Assembly: GCA_964655655.1 (NCBI GenBank)
Contig: CAZZPR010000001.1
Location: forward strand, 2,633-66,632
DNA from: an uncultured Desulfobacteraceae bacterium
Lineage (GTDB): Bacteria > Desulfobacterota > DSM-4660 > Desulfatiglandales > B25-G16
DNA length: 64,000 nucleotides
Direction: 5' to 3'
Shown here: one piece after another, positions 45,820-52,448 of the stretch
How positions within the stretch are numbered: the stretch's first letter is position 1
Layout: each line of letters starts with the position of its first letter
The notes under the pieces: model-generated
Seen by the model: the letters and a program-made list of their open reading frames with translations, nothing else
What the model was told of the DNA's origin: nothing
The model's database searches: none
Translations under genes and position numbers: made by a program

Positions 45820-46718
45820 AAAATACCTCCATCATTTAAATATTCATTAACAGCATTTTCAACTTGCTCCTGAATCTGTAACTCCTCATCTCGTGCCTGT
45901 TGCGCTGCCATAAAATTATAATACTGCTCCAAACTCTCGTTGATAATTTCTCGTGCTTGCGTGTCTGTTAATGCCTCCCATTGATAACCTGGGTGCTCAA
46001 AGTTCTCAGGTATCTGATACTTTTCAACATGCTCCTGGGTGAGGCCACATCGTATAAAAGTAACCTTAGCATCGCACCAATTAGTAATGTCCTCTCTACC
46101 GGCATAAAAGATGTTCGATCCCGCTTCGTCCAGGTCGCCAAAATATAAGACAATAGCGTCCTTGCTATACTTTTCACACTCTTGCTCAATGTATTTCGCT
46201 ATATTCCACTTATAAGGAATTGAGGGTTGGCCTCCAAAAGGACACAAGGTTAACCCATGCGTATAAGTGCGGAATTGCTGCATCATGGCACGTGCCTCAA
46301 ACATGATAAGGCAAAAGTTGTGTTGATAATAATTCGGATCAATCTCATAGGAAAAGCGGTGAACATAATTTTCAGCCTGGTCTTTGTGATACTCAATTTC
46401 GCCTAAAGCCTCATCTTTTTGTTCCTCTATCAATAAAGAGATGTCAGGAGCAGGAATTTCTTCTCCCGCATTAACAAAAGCTTTCATTGATCTGGTATCA
46501 TCTGCCAGCGTTGAGGGAGACCAGTTGCCATACCAGTTTTTTCGAGCCCTGCTCGTTAGCATAATAAATTTAACGTAATCCTTTTTTTCGTTATAAAACC
46601 CCTCTTGCAATAAGCGGTAAAACACCCACCTAACAGATACTTGATAGGGTACGCTTTCGATATGCTCCATTGCTTTTTCAAGAATTGTTTTGGTTCTGCC
46701 GTAAGGTTGATAACTCAT
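45816..46718 (-). CDS. Stand-alone Spo11/topoisomerase-VI-A-like protein (putative 5Y-CAP winged helix plus Toprim)
   Basis: 300 aa. Motifs are VSVRWVFYRL (Tyr34), CLIMFEARAMM (Glu141), FGGQPSIPYKW and IVLYFGDLDEAG (DxD at 195/197). Their order and spacing parallel the Top6A/Spo11 and JetD/MksG type catalytic cores. Confidence 0.55.
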   Translation of the reverse strand: MSYQPYGRTKTILEKAMEHIESVPYQVSVRWVFYRLLQEGFYNEKKDYVKFIMLTSRARKNWYGNWSPSTLADDTRSMKAFVNAGEEIPAPDISLLIEEQKDEALGEIEYHKDQAENYVHRFSYEIDPNYYQHNFCLIMFEARAMMQQFRTYTHGLTLCPFGGQPSIPYKWNIAKYIEQECEKYSKDAIVLYFGDLDEAGSNIFYAGREDITNWCDAKVTFIRCGLTQEHVEKYQIPENFEHPGYQWEALTDTQAREIINESLEQYYNFMAAQQARDEELQIQEQVENAVNEYLNDGGIL

Positions 46719-46736
46719 ATTTTTCCCCTTTATGCT

Positions 46737-46973
46737 TTATAAATACTTTTCATGAGAATCAATCCATTCATCAAGCCGTTGAATATCAATCCAAATTTTT
46801 GACCGGTCTCCCAACTGGACTACCGGTATTTCACGTGCATAAACCAACTCCCGCAAAGAGGACACCTTTCGGCCCAGATATATTGCCGCTTCTTCTAACG
46901 TTAGCAGCCTGCGCATTGGATAGTGTATCCCCTGTGCGTCCTGAAACCCTTTATCCACCTGCCTTTTAGCCAT
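46737..46973 (-). CDS. Excisionase-like helix-turn-helix (MerR/AlpA-type) DNA-binding protein
   Basis: 78 aa. LLTLEEAAIYLGRKVSSLRELVYAREIPVVQLGDRSKIWIDIQRLDEWI is a typical Xis/AlpA winged-HTH pattern. Confidence 0.7.
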   Translation of the reverse strand: MAKRQVDKGFQDAQGIHYPMRRLLTLEEAAIYLGRKVSSLRELVYAREIPVVQLGDRSKIWIDIQRLDEWIDSHEKYL

Positions 46974-46994
46974 GTGTAACCTTTTTGTAACTAA

Positions 46995-47762
46995 TTATTT
47001 AAATATTTTTTTCCTTTGAACAGATATTTCGTACCTGCCCTGTGCTCCTGGAATTGTTTTACCGAAGACAGGTTTGACCGCTTCCCCTGATTCCTCTTCC
47101 TCTGCTGTCTCTTCTGTCTCTTCGAAGCCAACCTCTTCGCCTTCTTCCTCTTCAGGCTCTTCAGGTAAAACAACCCTCCCCTTTGGTTGTGTATTTTTTG
47201 GCTTTCTAAATTTAGGCCCTGCTTCAATAACTTCTCCCGTTTGCCCCTCAATTTTCGCAATTAACCTTTCCAAGAGCTGGAATTCAGGTTGTGTTAGCCT
47301 GTCAGCAGCCAGTGAAGCAGTTTTGCGGCCTTGCTCCTCCTTTTGCGTTTCGGATCTGTATATTTCAAGCTCCGCTTCCTGAAGTTTTGTTTGTTGCAAG
47401 CTAATTGCGATCTTGCTTAATAATTCGTAATGACCCCTTAAAGAATCAATTCCCTTAAAGGCTGTATTTAAATTCGCAGCCTTCTTATTTTTAGCGGCTT
47501 CTTCTGCCCAGGAAAGCAGGTTCTTCGTCCTGTCAATTAAGGACTCTATTTCTTGTAGCAGGTACTTATTTTCGACTAATTTTTCCGCCTCCTGAACTTG
47601 CATCATGTGCTGGGTAACATGGCCTGACTCCCAGTGCCGCCGTAGAGACTGAGCAGACACACCATAATTCCTTGAAATACTTTCATAACTCTTGCCCCGC
47701 ACCAGCTCCCTGTCCATCGATATTCTTTGAGAACTGTTGCAAATTTGACACACCATCCCCAT
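46995..47762 (-). CDS. Zn-ribbon plus HTH DNA-binding protein with a coiled-coil centre and acidic tail (small-terminase-like architecture)
   Basis: It has CQICNS...SYESISRNYGVSAQSLRRHWESGH, then a long helical region, then EEPEEEEGEEVGFEETEETAEEEE. The TerS-like assignment is inference from architecture only. Confidence 0.45.
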   Translation of the reverse strand: MGMVCQICNSSQRISMDRELVRGKSYESISRNYGVSAQSLRRHWESGHVTQHMMQVQEAEKLVENKYLLQEIESLIDRTKNLLSWAEEAAKNKKAANLNTAFKGIDSLRGHYELLSKIAISLQQTKLQEAELEIYRSETQKEEQGRKTASLAADRLTQPEFQLLERLIAKIEGQTGEVIEAGPKFRKPKNTQPKGRVVLPEEPEEEEGEEVGFEETEETAEEEESGEAVKPVFGKTIPGAQGRYEISVQRKKIFK

Positions 47763-47869
47763 CAGTATTCCCCCTTTCGGAAAATATAAATTGCATACGC
47801 TGAACCACCGACTGCGAGTATTAAGTAAATTCCAATTAAAAGGTTCATAACACCTCCTGCATGTAAAGG

Positions 47870-48310
47870 TTATCCACCGTTCTCAGCCAAAGACAATTTC
47901 TTCTCAAGCTCCCTTATGTACTTCGACAAAAGACTTTCAACCATCCGTGCCCCGTACTTCCGGTTTTCGCAAAAGAAAACAGGCAGCCTATATCTGACAG
48001 AAAAGGCCAAAAGGCTTTGAATCGCTGACTTTGAGCTCATTTGCGAGCGATAATGGCCGTTTACGAAGTCTGATAACCTCGCCTCTACAACCAAGGCAAA
48101 GTAGTCAAGGGCCCGGCCTTTGTGCAGCTCCTTTTCAAAGCGTTCACGGCCAGCAGTCAAACACCCTATAAGGTCGTTAAGCTCTTTCCGCTCGATAGCA
48201 ATATGATCTTCAAGGCCGGAAATAGAATAATCACCTACAGGTATTGCTCCTGTCTCCGAATCTTTAAATTCATACGGATGCTGTTCTCTGGTATCTATTT
48301 TAATTTTCAT
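47870..48310 (-). CDS. ERCC4/XPF-Mus81-type nuclease domain protein
   Basis: 146 aa. Motifs are DTREQ and GDYSISGLEDHIAIERKELNDL, which gives the ERCC4 signature GDxn-ERKxxxD. Confidence 0.8.
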   Translation of the reverse strand: MKIKIDTREQHPYEFKDSETGAIPVGDYSISGLEDHIAIERKELNDLIGCLTAGRERFEKELHKGRALDYFALVVEARLSDFVNGHYRSQMSSKSAIQSLLAFSVRYRLPVFFCENRKYGARMVESLLSKYIRELEKKLSLAENGG

Positions 48311-48407
48311 GGCTTTCGGCCCTTGAGCTTTGTCATGGTTTTCCTATTAGCAAGCTTATCTCAACCCCCCGCCTTTTAATGCTTGTTTTTGTTACACACA
48401 TATTAGT

Positions 48408-48480
48408 AGTTTTTTATTGGGGGGGGTTCTAGGGGGGGGTATATAGGACCCGACCAAAAAACCCGCTTTTTACTCTATTT
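48408..48480. other. Conserved origin-proximal block (G8-ttcta-G8, gtatataggaccc, aaacccgctttttactc)
   Basis: It is colinear with 1905-1975 of the remnant element. Confidence 0.75.
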
Positions 48481-48532
48481 TTCATGAAAATTACCATCAA
48501 AATTATTTGCAATATCAATTAATTAGCTAATA

Positions 48533-48579
48533 AGTAAACAAAGTAAACAAAGTAAACATTAGTAAACATTAGTAAACAT
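48533..48579. repeat. Iteron array: 5 tandem copies of AGTAAACA, period 9-10 bp, ending 5 nt from the replicase stop codon
   Basis: The sequence is agtaaacaaagtaaacaaagtaaacattagtaaacattagtaaacata. Confidence 0.85.
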
Positions 48580-48583
48580 AAGC

Positions 48584-50137
48584 TCACTCCTCCATGCTCC
48601 ATTCATCCGATTCGATCAGCTTTGATCCGGCTATGATCTTAAAATTAATTCTTTTGCCCCTCGGATTCTCCGCAGTTTTCCAATTTTTTGCCGATACGAT
48701 CTTAAGCTTTCCACTTTCCATGGCAAGTGCAAGCCGGGCTTTTTCAATACTGCCCTCTCCGCCAAATGCGAAGTCCCGTGCCTGGGGTTTTTGCAAAGCA
48801 ATAATGGCTACAGCCCCATCCAGTTTTTGCCAGATTTCAGCTATCCGCTTTTTCACCAACCAGAAATCCTCATAAATTTCCAAGAAATCAATAATATTCA
48901 AACTACCTTCTCCTGGTACGATAACATCATGAAAATTTCGATCTCTTTCATAAAATTTAACTTGCCGCCATCTTTCAAAATCAAAATCGAATAACTCACA
49001 TCGTGCCCGAAGTTCCCCGCCACCCATTTCAGAGCTAAAATAGTGCACATTGAATTTGTCCATATTGTCAGCCGCAATATTCAGGAGAAACGCTGTCTTT
49101 CCTGCATCCTTGGAACCGGATACAACTATCACATTGCCCGGCATAATCTGAACCATACCGCTAACTCCGAGCGGCAAAGTAATATCAACTAATCTGGTTT
49201 CGGTATCAAAAAGATTTATTTTAGTAACATCCCGCTCGATCCTTCGAAAACATCCTGTCCGCCTTCCTGCTCGCTCGATCAACCCTTCTGAGACCAATCT
49301 GGTCAAAATTATCGAAACTTTTTGTTTCTGCTCCTTTGGAATATCCAATATCTCAAAAACGTCTCTTGTTAAAAATTCGCCTTCGGTAGTCCCAATCCAA
49401 TCCCGGATTTTTTGAGTAAAATTTCGGCCACCTGCATTTAGTCTTTTGAAAGCAGATTCAACTTTTACAACCACTTCCTTTTCAGGGAAGGGCGGCTTGC
49501 AACTCCCGGCAAATTGACAAACAGCAGCTTGCACCTCTTCCTTGGGCATGCCCCCTTTGGCCAGGCTCAGGGCCATATGAAAAAGCGAATCATCACGCGT
49601 ACCTTTAGAAAAGTTTAAATTCTGCTTGGTGGATGCTTCGGGGGGCTCTTTTCTGAGCAAATCTTTAATGGTTCCGGGTAAATAGGCAAGTCCAACTTCG
49701 TTTAGGCTTAAACCAGCCATCCATGAGTAGCCTCTACTGGGCGGTGCTACGATGTACCCGCCGTCGCCTCGAAAATCACAATCCTTGAGAAACCCCGTAC
49801 CGTTGCCGGTGCCGTTTTCGGCCTTAAAGTAAAAATGCCAGCCGCCACGAGGAGTCCTGGTAGTTGGTGTCAAAAGGCTGTCCGGCAAGAGTTCCTCCAA
49901 ATTCTCGAGACCTTCCCGAGAATCCACATCAACAACATTGACCCCCGAAACATTACCCGTGACAATCCCAATATTTGCTTCGGGCCAATTCCCCCACCAG
50001 TCCCGGATCAACCGCTCAGATGCTTTTTCTTTCTGAAATTTTTCCCACTTCAAATAGGGCTTTTTGTCAGCTCGAACCGGGATCACGGAAAAACCCATTT
50101 TCTTGTATTTTAAAGCGGTTTCCAACTTATCATCCAT
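48584..50137 (-). CDS. Bifunctional primase-polymerase (Prim-Pol) / P-loop helicase-type replicase
   Basis: 517 aa. The N-terminal Prim-Pol motifs are GFSVIPV, NVVDVDSREG and GGWHFYF. The C-terminal half has the Walker A SGSKDAGKTAF and the Walker B SLNIIDFLE. Confidence 0.85.
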   Translation of the reverse strand: MDDKLETALKYKKMGFSVIPVRADKKPYLKWEKFQKEKASERLIRDWWGNWPEANIGIVTGNVSGVNVVDVDSREGLENLEELLPDSLLTPTTRTPRGGWHFYFKAENGTGNGTGFLKDCDFRGDGGYIVAPPSRGYSWMAGLSLNEVGLAYLPGTIKDLLRKEPPEASTKQNLNFSKGTRDDSLFHMALSLAKGGMPKEEVQAAVCQFAGSCKPPFPEKEVVVKVESAFKRLNAGGRNFTQKIRDWIGTTEGEFLTRDVFEILDIPKEQKQKVSIILTRLVSEGLIERAGRRTGCFRRIERDVTKINLFDTETRLVDITLPLGVSGMVQIMPGNVIVVSGSKDAGKTAFLLNIAADNMDKFNVHYFSSEMGGGELRARCELFDFDFERWRQVKFYERDRNFHDVIVPGEGSLNIIDFLEIYEDFWLVKKRIAEIWQKLDGAVAIIALQKPQARDFAFGGEGSIEKARLALAMESGKLKIVSAKNWKTAENPRGKRINFKIIAGSKLIESDEWSMEE

Positions 50138-50176
50138 GCTTTTCCCCTGTAAAAAAACTTTACAAGTCTTTTGAAA

Positions 50177-50566
50177 TTAGTATTGCTTTATCCCCGGCGG
50201 AAGCAGTGGCTTAGCTGACTCCGCTCCTGCCCGAGCATAGATCCTAAGCAGCCGCAAAGGGTCGCCTGTCCTGGAATCGCTTGCGATAGCTCTTTGCGAA
50301 AAATTCAAAACAGCTTGCAAAGGATAATTTTTTGCAAGGCCGGAGATCAGAAAAATAACCTCCTGTCTTTGCAAATCGTTAAGCTTTAGACGCCAATCGA
50401 CTCGAGAATCCAGCGTTTTTTCAAGATTTATCATGGCTGCCAGATCAAGCTGCCGAATCCCTGACTCATATTCCGATATATAAGGCGTCGGTATACCGAC
50501 TCTTTCTGCCAAAGCTCTTTGATTCAGCCCTGTTTTTTCTCGTATCTCCTTTAGTGTCAAAATCAT
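50177..50566 (-). CDS. XRE-family helix-turn-helix regulator
   Basis: The start is at MILTLKEIREKTGLNQRALAERVGIPTPYISEYESG, after the RBS ggagg. The longer ORF (to 50599) is less likely. Confidence 0.8.
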   Translation of the reverse strand: MILTLKEIREKTGLNQRALAERVGIPTPYISEYESGIRQLDLAAMINLEKTLDSRVDWRLKLNDLQRQEVIFLISGLAKNYPLQAVLNFSQRAIASDSRTGDPLRLLRIYARAGAESAKPLLPPGIKQY

Positions 50567-50956
50567 TTGTACCTCCAAAAAAAAGGGCCACCTTCGCAAA
50601 GTCGAAAATCTCTTTACGAAAATGGCCCTGATTAGCCGTGGGTCAGTCTTTTATTCCAAGCCCGGACACTGCCTGCCCTTAAATTTTAATTATACTATAA
50701 AAATTAAAAATTTAAAAGTCAAGAAAAAAGTTCAAGATATTGAATTTTTTTTGCCTGCCTACACAACATCTTGACAAGCTTCCTTATTTTGCATCTTTTA
50801 AAAAAATGTAGCTAAACTGTAGCTAAATTGTAACCATTACTAACCAAAAAAGACCTAAATTGACCACTATAAACCGCATTAAAAGATTTTGCTAAGTTTT
50901 TGTTAAAATTGAAAAAATACGTATTTCCAACAACTTGCAAAAAAGCCTGATTTGGT

Positions 50957-51002
50957 CTGAAAATCCCCGTGTCCGCAGTTCGAATCTGCGTCTCGGCATA
51001 CA
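50957..51002 (+). repeat. attR: 46-bp direct repeat (orphan 3' part of the original tRNA-Phe)
   Basis: It is identical to 42399-42444. No tRNA 5' half precedes it. Confidence 0.95.
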
Positions 51003-51008
51003 AGGAAA

Positions 51009-51046
51009 GGGGGCTTAGCCAAAATTATTGGCTGCCCCCTTTTTTT
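51009..51046 (+). terminator. Rho-independent terminator immediately after attR (ancestral tRNA-Phe terminator)
   Basis: gggggc-tt-agcc aaaattatt ggct-gccccc is followed by tttttttg. Confidence 0.7.
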
Positions 51047-51203
51047 GAAGCAGGAAAGAATTAGAGATTAAGCATTGTCCAAGGGGTGTTGTAATTCTCT
51101 ACTCATGCATACAATTTATTTTGACATTTTTTGTACTAAATTATATTTCTATCAAGGTAGTCTTAAAATGATATAAAAAACAGGCTTCATGGGGTATTTT
51201 CCA

Positions 51204-52319
51204 ATGAAAAAATTTCTATTTGTTGCACTTTTGTTGTTTTTTTTATTTACGGTCAACTTTTCATATGCTCAAAAGTTGATTGATGCAAAGGGAACAGCCG
51301 CAATACACAAAAACCATGTTGACATTGCAAGGGACAGGGCAATTTCAGACGCATTGAGAGTGGCTGTGGAAAAGTCAGTGGGGGTAATGATAAGCAATGA
51401 AACCCTGGTGGAGAATTACCAGGTTATATCAGATAAGATACTTTCAAAATCAAAGGGCTATGTTCAATCCTATGAATTGGTTTCTGATAAAAGAGATGAT
51501 GACATGTATACAGTAATCATTCAGGCCCTGGTAAGCGAGGGACAACTCAAAGATGATCTTGATGCTATACATAGCATTATAGCAAGAAAGTCTAAACCCA
51601 GGTTGATGATCGTATTTAAGGAAGACCATCAGGATGATTACATGGCGGAATCAAGCATGGTAAAATATTTTTTGTCCAAGGGGTTTAAACTGGTGGATCC
51701 TGATACAGTAAGGAAAAGTCTAAACATAAGTGAAATCGAGCGGATGATTGCTGATCCTGATGCTGCCTCCAAGATCGGACAAAGGTTTGGGGCGGAGGTC
51801 ATGATTATATGCAGTGTGGATACTTCCAGCAACCCTTTTAAAGTAGGCAATGTAGAAATGCACTCCAACAGCTCTACCATATCCGCAAAGGTGATAAATG
51901 TTAGCAACAGTAATATTATTTCCACAGGGTGCGAGACGAAAAGAGTGCCCGGCATAAAGGATGCAATTCAGGATCCTGTAGATCAGTCCAGCAAGGCACT
52001 TTCAAGCAGATTAATGGAAGGTATAATAACGAAATGGTCATCCGAACTAACCAATATGATGGAAGTAAAGCTTTTTGTCTCAAAGTTTCACTCCTACGAG
52101 CAATTTAATCATTTTAAAGAATTGCTTATGACGGAGGCAAGGGGTGTTGAGGATGTAAGACAGAGGTCCTATTCACACGGGAAGGCGGAGCTCGAGATAG
52201 ACCTTAGAGGCAACACCCAGGATTTAGCCGACGATCTTACCAGAATAAACTTGCAAGGCCGTTCTGTGGAAATTTTCGAGTTATCCCAGGGCATGATAGA
52301 AATAGAACTGTCTCCATGA
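51204..52319 (+). CDS. Secreted protein with an LPP20/FlgT-N-like domain, a CsgG-like alpha/beta domain and a C-terminal small domain
   Basis: It has the signal peptide MKKFLFVALLLFFLFTVNFSYA. AKGTAAIHKNHVDIARDRAISDALRVAVEKSVGV fits an LPP20/FlgT_N-type pattern. KPRLMIVFKED...GFKLVD...GAEVMIICSV fits a CsgG-like pattern. The ORF is open from 51189. Confidence 0.65.
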   Translation: MKKFLFVALLLFFLFTVNFSYAQKLIDAKGTAAIHKNHVDIARDRAISDALRVAVEKSVGVMISNETLVENYQVISDKILSKSKGYVQSYELVSDKRDDDMYTVIIQALVSEGQLKDDLDAIHSIIARKSKPRLMIVFKEDHQDDYMAESSMVKYFLSKGFKLVDPDTVRKSLNISEIERMIADPDAASKIGQRFGAEVMIICSVDTSSNPFKVGNVEMHSNSSTISAKVINVSNSNIISTGCETKRVPGIKDAIQDPVDQSSKALSSRLMEGIITKWSSELTNMMEVKLFVSKFHSYEQFNHFKELLMTEARGVEDVRQRSYSHGKAELEIDLRGNTQDLADDLTRINLQGRSVEIFELSQGMIEIELSP

Positions 52320-52448
52320 TCCATGGTTTGGGACAGTTCAAGCCCTTTGAATCTCTTTCTTAACCTCTTTCTTAAAGGGCAGAAGGGTGATAATTTTCAG
52401 TTAATTACGAGATATATCTAGTTTTTGTAAATAAAGCGGGGGGAGAAT

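Larger units (their letters stand above)
42399..51002. mobile_element. 8.6-kb integrative element in tRNA-Phe (satellite/PICI-like or integrated-plasmid-like; no capsid, tail or conjugation genes seen)
   Basis: A perfect 46-bp direct repeat lies at both ends. The integrase is next to the tRNA. Xis-like, XRE, primase-helicase, iterons and an ERCC4 nuclease lie inside. The original tRNA terminator lies just outside attR. Confidence 0.9.

Noticed and set aside
47762-47847. A possible small hydrophobic peptide ORF with an RBS between the ERCC4 gene and the Zn-ribbon/HTH gene.
   Set aside because: On careful re-translation the frame does not end at the TGA that overlaps the next start codon. It runs into the next gene out of frame, and the peptide is not convincingly hydrophobic.
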